From NCBI GenBank assembly GCA_050694575.1, contig JBOGXL010000075.1, forward strand, positions 1-50,443: a stretch of 50,443 nt of DNA, in the 5' to 3' direction. Shown in pieces: positions 26,289-34,870 of the stretch. The position numbers and the translations under genes are program-made. A model generated the notes under the pieces. That model was not told the DNA's origin. It searched no databases and worked only from the letters and a program-made list of their open reading frames with translations. Numbering within the stretch: the stretch's first letter is position 1; every line of letters starts with the position of its first letter. The DNA comes from Actinomycetota bacterium (lineage in GTDB: Bacteria > Actinomycetota > JAICYB01).

Positions 26289-27463
26289 GCCTTCGCGACG
26301 CGCTGGCGAGCAAGGAGATAGTCGTCGTCTGCGGCTCCGGCGGCGTGGGCAAGACGTCGATCTCCGCGGCGATCGCTCTGGATGCCGCGATGGAGCGCCG
26401 CGTGATAGTCGTGACCATCGATCCGGCGAAGCGGCTGGCGTCGGCGCTCGGGCTGGAGTCCGGGCTCGGGCACGCCGAGACCAAGGTCGAGCTTCCGGAC
26501 GGCGCCAAGGGATCGCTCCACGCGGCGATGCTCGACATGAAGACGGCATGGGACGAGCTCATCGACAAGTACGCCGACTCACGTCACGTCGCCGAGGACA
26601 TCAAGTCGAACCGCATCTACCGCGGCATCTCTGAGCAGTTCGTCGGTTCGCAGGGCTATATGGCGATGGAGAGGCTGGCCGACCTCCACGAGTGCGGAGA
26701 GTACGACCTCATCGTGATCGACACCCCGCCGACGCGCAGCGCACTCGACTTCCTCGAGGCACCGAAGCGAATGACGGACTTCATCGGTGGCAGCCTGCTT
26801 CGGTGGATGGCCAAGCCTTACAGCGCAGCCGGCAAGCTCGGCATGCGCGCGTTCAACTTCACGGCCTCGCCGTTCCTCCGAATCGCCGATCGCGTCCTCG
26901 GCTCCCAAGTTCTCGAGGACCTGTCCGCTCTGGTCATCGACTTCCAGAACATGTACGACGACTTCAAGCTGCGCGCAGAACAGGTGCTGAACCTCCTCTG
27001 TTCGCCACAGACCGGATTCGTCGTCGTCACGACCCTGGAAGGGCCGCCGTTCCGCGAGGCGGAGTTCTTCGTGGATCGACTCGTCGACGAGAAGCTTCCC
27101 CTGGCCGGACTCGTCGCGAACCGCGTGATCCCGCCGCGTTTTGCCCCGGACGGCCTCGTCCCCGTCGACCAAGCCGCGGAGGTGGCCGAAGCGGCGGGTC
27201 TGGATCCGGGACGAGCGAGGCAAGCCCTCGTGGAAGCCGCCACGGCGCTCGACACGCTGTCGATCCTCGCGACGCGCGATGCCGCCCGCCGCCGGGAGCT
27301 CGGCCACCGGTCGACGGCGCCTATCGCGACGGTCCCGTTGTTCACCGAGGACGTCCACGATCTGGAGGGGCTGCGCCGGCTGGCCGGCTACGTGCTGGAC
27401 GAGCCTTCTGAAGAGACACCGCGCGACGAGCCATCGGCCTCGCCGGCCGCCAGACGCGGGTAG
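26285..27463 (+). CDS. ArsA/Get3-like P-loop ATPase (second of a pair)
   Basis: ORF 25892..27463 trimmed to ATG 26285, which overlaps the upstream stop (ATGA). The P-loop is GSGGVGKTS, with further motifs TIDPAKRL and DLIVIDTPPT. Confidence 0.86.
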   Translation: MSLRDALASKEIVVVCGSGGVGKTSISAAIALDAAMERRVIVVTIDPAKRLASALGLESGLGHAETKVELPDGAKGSLHAAMLDMKTAWDELIDKYADSRHVAEDIKSNRIYRGISEQFVGSQGYMAMERLADLHECGEYDLIVIDTPPTRSALDFLEAPKRMTDFIGGSLLRWMAKPYSAAGKLGMRAFNFTASPFLRIADRVLGSQVLEDLSALVIDFQNMYDDFKLRAEQVLNLLCSPQTGFVVVTTLEGPPFREAEFFVDRLVDEKLPLAGLVANRVIPPRFAPDGLVPVDQAAEVAEAAGLDPGRARQALVEAATALDTLSILATRDAARRRELGHRSTAPIATVPLFTEDVHDLEGLRRLAGYVLDEPSEETPRDEPSASPAARRG

Positions 27464-27846
27464 AGCCGGAAGTAGAGCAAGCAGTACGCGAAGTTGTAGG
27501 CCGTGAAGAACGCGCCTCTCCCGCCGCTGATCTCCTGCCGCGCCGTACCGGCGATCATCATCACGGCGGTGATGAACGGCACGAGGAACAGCGGCACGAG
27601 CAGCCCGCGGTTCCGTTGCGGCTGAGCCGCCGCCAGCGCGTAGCCCACGCCGATGACGAGCATCACTCCGCCGTAGAGCCGCGCCAGGGCGCTGAAGGCC
27701 GGCGTGACGATGTCTGTTCGCAGGCCCAGCACCGTCTCGAGCATCCCCGTCCAGACGACGCCCCACACGCCTATCGCGACGGAGACGGCGGCGCCGACGA
27801 AGAGGAGGAGCCGGAAAGAGCCGGTGGTGCGCGTCCGCGCGCTCAC
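27388..27846 (-). CDS. Hypothetical integral membrane protein (4 TM helices)
   Basis: Four hydrophobic segments are present. GATAAT lies 6 nt upstream of GTG 27846. The 3' tail overlaps the convergent ArsA-like gene by 76 nt. Confidence 0.6.
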   Translation of the reverse strand: MSARTRTTGSFRLLLFVGAAVSVAIGVWGVVWTGMLETVLGLRTDIVTPAFSALARLYGGVMLVIGVGYALAAAQPQRNRGLLVPLFLVPFITAVMMIAGTARQEISGGRGAFFTAYNFAYCLLYFRLYPRLAAGEADGSSRGVSSEGSSST

Positions 27847-27852
27847 GTCAGC

Positions 27853-27858
27853 ATTATC
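27853..27858 (-). promoter_or_regulatory. Candidate -10 box (GATAAT on minus strand), leaderless
   Basis: Plus-strand ATTATC lies 6 nt from GTG 27846. Confidence 0.45.
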
Positions 27859-27875
27859 CCCTCCCGCGCGGACGT

Positions 27876-27881
27876 TACCGT
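27876..27881 (+). promoter_or_regulatory. Candidate -10 box (TACCGT), leaderless NUDIX gene
   Basis: TACCGT lies 6 nt upstream of GTG 27888. Confidence 0.4.
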
Positions 27882-27887
27882 GGCACT

Positions 27888-28283
27888 GTGACCGAACCCG
27901 AGGTCGGCGGCGTGTCGGGTCTGGTCGTCCGCGACGGGACCGTCCTCTTGATCCGGCGCGGCCAGCAGCCGTTCCTCGATCACTGGTCGCTGCCCGGCGG
28001 CGGGGTCGAGCCGGGCGAGACGCTACGCGAAGCCGTGAGACGAGAGGTGCGCGAGGAGACCGGGCTCGAGGTGGACGTAGGGCGCGTCGCCGGGTACCGC
28101 GAGTCGTTCGAGCCCGGGCACCACGTCGTCATCGCCTTCCACGTCGATGTCGTGGGCGGCGAGGTGTGCGCAGGCGACGACGCCGTCGAGTGCGAGTTCG
28201 TCGAACCGGACGAGATCTATCGGCGTCCCGTCACCCCGGGCCTCGAGGACGTCTTCCGCGACGCGGGCCTGCTGGGTAGTTGA
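27888..28283 (+). CDS. NUDIX hydrolase
   Basis: The Nudix box is GGGVEPGETLREAVRREVREETGL. Confidence 0.9.
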   Translation: MTEPEVGGVSGLVVRDGTVLLIRRGQQPFLDHWSLPGGGVEPGETLREAVRREVREETGLEVDVGRVAGYRESFEPGHHVVIAFHVDVVGGEVCAGDDAVECEFVEPDEIYRRPVTPGLEDVFRDAGLLGS

Positions 28284-28290
28284 CCGGGGC

Positions 28291-30369
28291 TCAGGCACCC
28301 TGGAGCATCGCGCGCTTGCTCTCGAGGAAGTCGAGCAGGACGTACTCCCCGAGGTGCTCCGGCGAGGTGAAGAACGCGCGACCGCGGTTCAGAGCGGTCA
28401 TCCGCTCGATGAAGCGCATCAGATAGGGCGAGCGGTCGAGCATGAACGTGTTGATCACTATGCCGTCCTTGCTGCAGCGAGCTACCTCTTTCAACGTCTC
28501 CTCGAAGGTCTGCGGTATCGGAGGCCAGTTGAAGAGCACTTCGCCGTTCGGAAGGAGGTGAGCGGTCGGCTCACCGTCGGTCACCATCAGGATCTGCCGG
28601 CTGGCTCCGCGGTGGCGGCCGAGGAGCCGCCGCGCGAGGAGGAGGGCGTGCTGCATATTCGTCCCGTACACCTCTTCCCATCCGAGGTTCGGCAGCTCCT
28701 CCGGCTGGATGCGCCGTGCGTAGTCCGAGAACCCGACGAGGAACAGCCTGTCACGGGGGAACTGGCTGGAGATCAACGCGTGCAGCGCCAGGGCAACCTT
28801 CTTGGCCGCTACCCAGTTGCCGCGCATCGGCATCGAAAGTGAGAGGTCGATCAGCAACGCCGTCGCCGCCTGCACCTTCCGTTCTGTGCGCTCGATCATG
28901 AAGTCGTCGGGACTGATGGTCACCGGCGTGCCCGTTCCGGACCGCCGGACGGCCTCGAACACCGTCTCCTTCACCTCGATGTGGAACGGGTCGCCGAACT
29001 CGTACTGCTTCAGGTCGCCGGTGATGTCTCCCCCGCGTCCGACCTCGGGCTGGTCGTGCTCGCCGGCAAGCGCCGCGCGCAGCCGCTGATACACCTTCCC
29101 GAGCGCTTGCTTGCCGATCCGGCGCACACCGTGCGGTGTGAGGTCGAGTCGTCCGGACTTGCGTTCGACGTAGCCGGCTTCCTCGAGCATCTTCTCGATC
29201 TCGCGGAGACGGCGGACGTCGCGCGCGGCTTCATCGCCCAACAGGTTCGACACACGCTCGAGATCCACCTCGTCCAGATCAGAGGGACGACTCACCCCGC
29301 GCATGTACCGCTCGAGGTCCTCGGACTCCTGTATGCGCTCCATGACCTGCATGGCCTGCAGCATGTCGAGCGGCTCCTCGCCCCCGAAGGGGTAGGACTG
29401 ATCCCAGAAGTCGCCGGGCATCGCCTGCCTGAGCATCCTCGAGAGCTCGTTCATCTGGTAGGCGAGGTCGGTGTCCTGGAGCAGCGAGCCGACGAGATCC
29501 TCGAGACGCTGACGCATCTCCGGCGACATCGACGACATCATCGCTTGCGCCATCGCCATGCGCCGCGCGAGCGTCTCTAGAAGCTCCTCGAGATTCTTCG
29601 GATCCTCCGGGAAGAAGTCGCCGTAGCGCTGCATGAAACCGTCGAAGTCGTAGGGCTCGTCCGCGTTGTGCTTGCGCACCATCTCGTTGAGCTCCGACAG
29701 CATGTCCTTCATGCGCTGGAGCTCTTCCGGCGTCATGTTCTGCAGCGCCTGTTCGGCTCCCCGGAAGTACTGCTGCAACACCTGCTGCCGCAGTCGGTCC
29801 GTCAGCTCTTGGAACTTGGCCTCGGCCTCCGGAGACAAGAAGTCGTAGTTCTGCAGCCCTTTCAACGCATCGGCGGGGCGGCCTTCCAGATGGTCGAGGT
29901 AGTCGAGCCTCGGATCGAGCCGGGAGCCGAAGGGCGGCTCGGCGAATTCCCGTTCGAGGGCCGAAAGCGGATCGTCGTCGGGGAGCGCGTCGAGGTCGGG
30001 CGCGGCTTCCCGAAGAGGCGTGGACGCCTCACCGCGCTCCCGGCGTCTCAGATCGAGCCGATCGGAAACCTCATGGCGCTCCAGCTCGCGAACCTCGCGC
30101 AGCTCGTCTGAGATCTGCCCCACGACCGAGTCCATGTCGTAGCGGCGCATCGAGTCGCGGCGCATGTTGCGAAGACGTTCGGAGAGCGATTGGAGTCCGG
30201 TGATGCGCCTTCCTTCGATCGAGAAGCCGCGTTGCATCATGCGCCGAAGGGCCTGACCGAGGTCGCCGAACTCCAACAGGTCATCGGAGAGTCCTTCGAG
30301 GACCTCGTCGGGGTCGGCCCACGGGTCCTGTGTGCCATCCCATCGCGAGTAGCGGAAGCGCGGGCTCAC
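28291..30369 (-). CDS. VWA domain-containing protein (partner type of ChlI/MoxR-like AAA ATPases)
   Basis: This 692-aa protein has a long helical, acidic N-terminal part. The C-terminal VWA domain carries the MIDAS motif (LLIDLSLSM, MVTDGEPT). TATGGT lies 6 nt upstream of GTG 30369. Confidence 0.86.
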   Translation of the reverse strand: MSPRFRYSRWDGTQDPWADPDEVLEGLSDDLLEFGDLGQALRRMMQRGFSIEGRRITGLQSLSERLRNMRRDSMRRYDMDSVVGQISDELREVRELERHEVSDRLDLRRRERGEASTPLREAAPDLDALPDDDPLSALEREFAEPPFGSRLDPRLDYLDHLEGRPADALKGLQNYDFLSPEAEAKFQELTDRLRQQVLQQYFRGAEQALQNMTPEELQRMKDMLSELNEMVRKHNADEPYDFDGFMQRYGDFFPEDPKNLEELLETLARRMAMAQAMMSSMSPEMRQRLEDLVGSLLQDTDLAYQMNELSRMLRQAMPGDFWDQSYPFGGEEPLDMLQAMQVMERIQESEDLERYMRGVSRPSDLDEVDLERVSNLLGDEAARDVRRLREIEKMLEEAGYVERKSGRLDLTPHGVRRIGKQALGKVYQRLRAALAGEHDQPEVGRGGDITGDLKQYEFGDPFHIEVKETVFEAVRRSGTGTPVTISPDDFMIERTERKVQAATALLIDLSLSMPMRGNWVAAKKVALALHALISSQFPRDRLFLVGFSDYARRIQPEELPNLGWEEVYGTNMQHALLLARRLLGRHRGASRQILMVTDGEPTAHLLPNGEVLFNWPPIPQTFEETLKEVARCSKDGIVINTFMLDRSPYLMRFIERMTALNRGRAFFTSPEHLGEYVLLDFLESKRAMLQGA

Positions 30370-30375
30370 GACGTC

Positions 30376-30381
30376 ACCATA
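30376..30381 (-). promoter_or_regulatory. Candidate -10 box (TATGGT on minus strand), leaderless VWA gene
   Basis: Plus-strand ACCATA lies 6 nt from GTG 30369. Confidence 0.4.
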
Positions 30382-30465
30382 CCTGCTCGCTCAGTCGCAA
30401 ACTCCGCCCTGACCTCGTTACACGGGCGGTTCGCGCGGTCAACGTTAGCTTCACAACCACCTGGG

Positions 30466-30471
30466 TACGGT
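30466..30471 (+). promoter_or_regulatory. Candidate -10 box (TACGGT), leaderless acyltransferase gene
   Basis: TACGGT lies 7 nt upstream of ATG 30479. Confidence 0.35.
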
Positions 30472-30478
30472 ACGCCCA

Positions 30479-31738
30479 ATGCCCACAAGCCCCACTGCAC
30501 AAGCGCACGAGCGCGCACGCCATCCAACGCCGACAACGACGGCTCACTTCGCCGCGCTCGACGGACTTCGCGGCCTCGCGATCCTCGCCGTCGTCGCGTT
30601 CCACGTCGCCGTCATCGCCAGTGACAACGCTCCGTGGGCATACCATTCCTCTCCGCCGTGGTACAGCTGGCCGGTCTTCGCCGGCTCGCTCGGTGTCGAC
30701 ATCTTCTTCGTTCTGTCGGGTTTCCTCGTGCTGCGTAGTTGGCGCTCGATCCGCGAGACATACCGCGATGACGGCTTCCGCTCGGCCGCCGAGTTCGCTC
30801 GGCGGCGGGGACGGCGCCTCCTGCCGCCCTACTGGGCGGCACTCCTGATCCTCATCCCGTGGCGCACACCCGAGTGGCTTTCATCGGCGGGCGGATGGTC
30901 CAACATCGCGATGTTCGCCTCGCTGAACCAATCCGTCGATCCCGGACTCCCCCAACAGCTCAACACGGTCACCTGGAGCCTCACCACCGAGACCCATTTC
31001 TACGTTGTGCTCCCAGTGCTCGCGATGGTCGGTGCGCGCTACGGATGGGGACGCCTGCTGTCGCTGTTGATCGTCGCGACGGTCGGCTGGCGCCTCGTCG
31101 TCGGCGGCACCGGAGAGCAGGCCGAATGGATCCTCGGGCGAGCCGACCAGTTCGTCGCCGGGATGCTGGCGTACACCCTCGTCGAAAAGCACGGAACCGG
31201 AGTGCCGTCGACGCTCGGCCGCTGGCTCACCGGGAGCCGGGCGGGTTGGATCCTCGGAACGAGCTTGGCCGTCGTCGCGCTGACCCACGGAGCGCTACGG
31301 CTCGTGCAGAAACCGCTGATCTTCCTGTCGCTGCTGCACGCCGCGACCGGGCTGGCGGTGGCGGGACTTCTCGTCAGAGGCCTGTGCCGCGACGGCATGA
31401 GGTTGTTCCGCAGCCCGATCGTCGGGCGCATGCTCGGCTGGCTGGGGCTGATCAGCTACAGCCTCTACCTGTGGCACTGGCCGATAGTGGCCGAGGCCTC
31501 GCGCATGTGGGGAACGTCGGCCGGAGTGTTGGCGCTTGCCTGCGTCGTCTCCGTTGCGGTCGGCGTGTTGTCGTACGCGTTGCTGGAGCGCCCGTTCCTG
31601 AGGACATCGGCGTCCTCACCGAAGGACGAAACGCCCGATCAGCTTCGAGAGGAGACGAGGACCGAAGCGACTATGGCGAAGTCGCGGTGGTCGGGCTCAT
31701 CGTCCGTCGAGCTCGCGCCGCTGGGAAACAGCACGTAA
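30479..31738 (+). CDS. Acyltransferase family 3 (OafA-like) integral membrane protein
   Basis: The typical acyltransferase_3 N-terminus is FAALDGLRGLAILAVVAFH, followed by about 10 TM helices. The 3' tail overlaps the convergent glycosyltransferase by 100 nt. Confidence 0.86.
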   Translation: MPTSPTAQAHERARHPTPTTTAHFAALDGLRGLAILAVVAFHVAVIASDNAPWAYHSSPPWYSWPVFAGSLGVDIFFVLSGFLVLRSWRSIRETYRDDGFRSAAEFARRRGRRLLPPYWAALLILIPWRTPEWLSSAGGWSNIAMFASLNQSVDPGLPQQLNTVTWSLTTETHFYVVLPVLAMVGARYGWGRLLSLLIVATVGWRLVVGGTGEQAEWILGRADQFVAGMLAYTLVEKHGTGVPSTLGRWLTGSRAGWILGTSLAVVALTHGALRLVQKPLIFLSLLHAATGLAVAGLLVRGLCRDGMRLFRSPIVGRMLGWLGLISYSLYLWHWPIVAEASRMWGTSAGVLALACVVSVAVGVLSYALLERPFLRTSASSPKDETPDQLREETRTEATMAKSRWSGSSSVELAPLGNST

Positions 31739-34700
31739 GCCTGCTCGAACCCCGTCGACCGGCACAGCTCCAACAGCGCCCGCGGAGCCATCGCTTCGTG
31801 TTCGATGGACCGGCCCCCGCGCGCGTCTTCGGTTTCGGCCACGAGCACACCCCCGGACGCGAGCTTGCGCCTCGAGAGCTCGAGGAAGCTCTGGAGCTCG
31901 TCCGCCGACAGATGCTCGACGACCCGCACGGTGAAGATGCCGCCCAGCGAACGATCGGGCAGCCCTTCCATCCCCGACAGAACGCCCGAGAACCCACCGG
32001 TCTCGGCCCCCGAGTCCAGAGCGAAGCCGTTCACTCCTTGGTTCGCCAAGAGGTCGATGAGTGCCGTCGCCTCGCGACCTACGGCCAGGACGGGAGCCTG
32101 GGAACCGAACAGGCCGGCGTAGGACCTCACGCGCTGCACCCGGCCCACGGGGTACTCCGACGCGAGATCCGGGTCGGCCGGGGTCACGAGTCGAGACTCG
32201 AGCGACTCGCGGTGCATCGTCTCGTACGCGAGGCGCTCGGAGAGCTCGTGCACCTTCGCCTCCAGGTTCCGGGCGGCGTCTACCTCCGTGCGCAGCCGAG
32301 CGTCCAGGTCCTGCACGCCGTCGAGGAGCCCCGACGTGATGTTCTCCTGGTGCTCGATGTAATGCCGAGCCACCCGGTAGACCAGCCGGCGGACGAGGCG
32401 GCTGGCGACGCCGTAGGACGTCGGCGAGCTCACGTCAGGACCTGTCGTCGCCGCTTTGTCGGCCGACCGAACCGACGTCCACGGACGCTGCAGCTTGAGT
32501 CGAAGCCGCTCGAGCTCCGGGGGCTCAGGCACGTACGCGAGCCGATCGAGCACGAACGAGGCCCGCACGGCCGGAGCGTGGAGCCGAGCGACGTCGGCCG
32601 CCGCGCGTCGGCCGCGCTCGCAGGCCTCGGTCGGGTCGTCGACTATCTGGCGCATCATCCACGCGGCGACGTCGACGTCCGGCTCGGCCCACCGTGCGCC
32701 GGCAGGATACGGGTCGCATCCCACCGGGATCTCTTGCAGCTCGTACGGGACGAGCCAAGAGTTCGTGACGTCCATGAACTCGAGGTTGCCGGAGTAACCG
32801 GTGGCTACGACCGGTTTCGCGAGCGCCATCGCCTCGGCCATCGTCAACCCGAACCCTTCGGATCTGTGCAGCGAGACATAGGCATCGCAACTCGCCATCC
32901 AGGCATCGTGCTCGGCCCTCGCCAGATAACCGTCGCGCACGTGAACGTCGGGGCGTGGGTTTGCCGCCGCGCGCAGACGGTCGAGCTCCGTGGGGTGCGC
33001 CTCGCCGCGGACGCTTTTGATCACGAGCTGGGGGCCGCTTCCCGGCGCGAAAGCGCGGGAGAACGCCTCCACGACGGCCAGCGGGTTCTTCCGTTTGAAC
33101 ACGCTGTCGAAGTCGAAGCAGAAGAGGAAGACGAACCCGTCCGGGAGGCCGAGGGCCCGTCGCGACATCTTCGCCGCCTGCGGATGACGGATCGGCAGTG
33201 GGAACACGTGCACGGGCTTCGTCGTTCGTTCCCGGACGGCGCGAGCCGCGTGTGCGCTGGACACCCAAATCTCGTCGAGCAGCTCGGCCGAGGAAGCCAT
33301 CGACTCCGGGAACCGCTCGACCTCCCACTGCCATACGCCGATGTTGCGGCGACCCGCGAAGAACTCCTCACCCATCTCGTCGGCGAATCCGGGCAGGGCG
33401 TCGGCGTTGACGCAGATGACGTTCGTCTCGTGCCGGGCCGCTCCCCTGTCCCGCGGCGGGGCCGACTCCTGACGGCTCGGCGTCTTCGCGAACGGGACGA
33501 CTGTCGCGGGCACACCGCCGGCATCCAGCGTCGCCAGCAGCAGCCGTGACACTTCCCCAACGCCGCTCTCCGCTCGCACGTAACCGGCGAGGTTCACCCC
33601 GGATGGGGTTGGATCGCGCCGGCGGTGGGTCTCCAACGCGATGAGCTCCGGCGCGACGTTCGGCTCGAAACGACCGAGCGACCGAGCCCAGTCGAGGTAG
33701 AAGCGAGCCTCGGGCCCGTGGAGATCCGGGAACAACGCTCTGAGGTCGGCCCGCTCCTGCCAAAGACCGAAGAGGTATCGCGTCACCCGGTGCGCGGCCG
33801 CGGGGGCGCGCAACCAGTCCTCGTAATCGCGCGCGCCTCGCGCGTCGAACGGATCCGGCACAGACGAGCGGTTCCCGGAGCTCTCAGCGTCGAGCAGCGC
33901 CCGGCGGTACGTCCGCCGCGCATAACGATCCAGCGGCAAGCCCGAAGCGGTTCGGGCGAACCCGTGTGGGATCCGCGAATAGGCCCGGTACCCGTTGTCC
34001 ATGAGCCGATCGGCATACCGGGAGCAGAGCTCGGCCAGCACGGGGTGATCGTCCAGTGACGTCCGTTTCGTCTTCGCCTCGTAACAGCTCAGCAGGGTGG
34101 GCTCGACCGGGCTGAACCCCGAGTAGTGGAAGAACCTCAGCGGCTGGCCGTTCACCTCATAGCCGCCCGGCGAACGGCTCAGTGAGCGCTGCGAGAGGTT
34201 CCAGTAGGCGACGTTCCACCCCGGCCCCCGCTGGATGTGCACGTCGAAATAGCTCGGGACGAGGTCGACCCACCTCTGATCCACGAACATCGCCGCTTGC
34301 TTCTCGATGAGTCCGTCGCGGCGCAGACGGTCGGCCCACCAATCGAGGAACGAACGACCCCGTTGTCCAACGGCGATGAACCCGAGGTTGTACGTGCCCG
34401 AGCCGAGGATGTAGAGCTCGTCGCTGGGGCCGTCGGCCTCGACGGGCGGGGGTTCGACCGCGTGTGGAGTGACGACTATGCCGTGTTCTGCCGCAAGCTC
34501 CCACGCTTCGTCGAGCGGCGAGAACACCTCGATGTCCGGGTCGAGATACACGACGGGAGCGGCGTGCTTGTCTATCAGATGGCGGAGCAACCACGGCTTC
34601 ACGGCGGTGGCCAGCTCGAGCAGGTCGTAGATCGCGGCCATCCGATGGAACTCGCGTCTATCGATGCCGATGTCCTGCGGTGTCAGGACGTCGAAGGCCT

Positions 34701-34848
34701 CGCGCTGCCCGAGGGCCGGCGTCGCCGCGTCGGCGTCCACCACGAGGACGCTGAGTCGCGCATCGGGATGATGGGCTCGCAGGGTTTGGGCCAGGACGCG
34801 TGCATGCGCCCAATAGTTCCTAGCGATGATCGTGCAGGCGCGCATCAT
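31639..34848 (-). CDS. Tri-modular glycan-synthesis enzyme: GT-A-like domain + GT4 (GT-B) glycosyltransferase + helical linker + class I methyltransferase-fold domain
   Basis: This protein is 1069 aa. The N-terminal domain contains TIIARNYWAHARVL and the DxD motif YLDPDIEVF. The central GT4 domain contains EGFGLTMAEAMALAKPVV (EX7E). A helical segment reads LDARLRTEVDAARNLEAKVHELSERLAYE. The C-terminal methyltransferase fold contains VVEHLSADELQSFLELSRRKLASGGVLV. Confidence 0.9.
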   Translation of the reverse strand: MMRACTIIARNYWAHARVLAQTLRAHHPDARLSVLVVDADAATPALGQREAFDVLTPQDIGIDRREFHRMAAIYDLLELATAVKPWLLRHLIDKHAAPVVYLDPDIEVFSPLDEAWELAAEHGIVVTPHAVEPPPVEADGPSDELYILGSGTYNLGFIAVGQRGRSFLDWWADRLRRDGLIEKQAAMFVDQRWVDLVPSYFDVHIQRGPGWNVAYWNLSQRSLSRSPGGYEVNGQPLRFFHYSGFSPVEPTLLSCYEAKTKRTSLDDHPVLAELCSRYADRLMDNGYRAYSRIPHGFARTASGLPLDRYARRTYRRALLDAESSGNRSSVPDPFDARGARDYEDWLRAPAAAHRVTRYLFGLWQERADLRALFPDLHGPEARFYLDWARSLGRFEPNVAPELIALETHRRRDPTPSGVNLAGYVRAESGVGEVSRLLLATLDAGGVPATVVPFAKTPSRQESAPPRDRGAARHETNVICVNADALPGFADEMGEEFFAGRRNIGVWQWEVERFPESMASSAELLDEIWVSSAHAARAVRERTTKPVHVFPLPIRHPQAAKMSRRALGLPDGFVFLFCFDFDSVFKRKNPLAVVEAFSRAFAPGSGPQLVIKSVRGEAHPTELDRLRAAANPRPDVHVRDGYLARAEHDAWMASCDAYVSLHRSEGFGLTMAEAMALAKPVVATGYSGNLEFMDVTNSWLVPYELQEIPVGCDPYPAGARWAEPDVDVAAWMMRQIVDDPTEACERGRRAAADVARLHAPAVRASFVLDRLAYVPEPPELERLRLKLQRPWTSVRSADKAATTGPDVSSPTSYGVASRLVRRLVYRVARHYIEHQENITSGLLDGVQDLDARLRTEVDAARNLEAKVHELSERLAYETMHRESLESRLVTPADPDLASEYPVGRVQRVRSYAGLFGSQAPVLAVGREATALIDLLANQGVNGFALDSGAETGGFSGVLSGMEGLPDRSLGGIFTVRVVEHLSADELQSFLELSRRKLASGGVLVAETEDARGGRSIEHEAMAPRALLELCRSTGFEQAYVLFPSGASSTDDEPDHRDFAIVASVLVSSRS

Positions 34849-34870
34849 GCCCTCGGATTTCGTCGACTGG

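Noticed and set aside
30859-33549. An 896-aa ORF on the plus strand, the longest non-annotated ORF in the track.
   Set aside because: It is antisense to the 1069-aa glycosyltransferase, which has clear GT-A, GT4 and MT motifs. Its translation is Arg/Pro/Gly/Ala-rich with no motifs. This is the typical shadow ORF of a high-GC gene.
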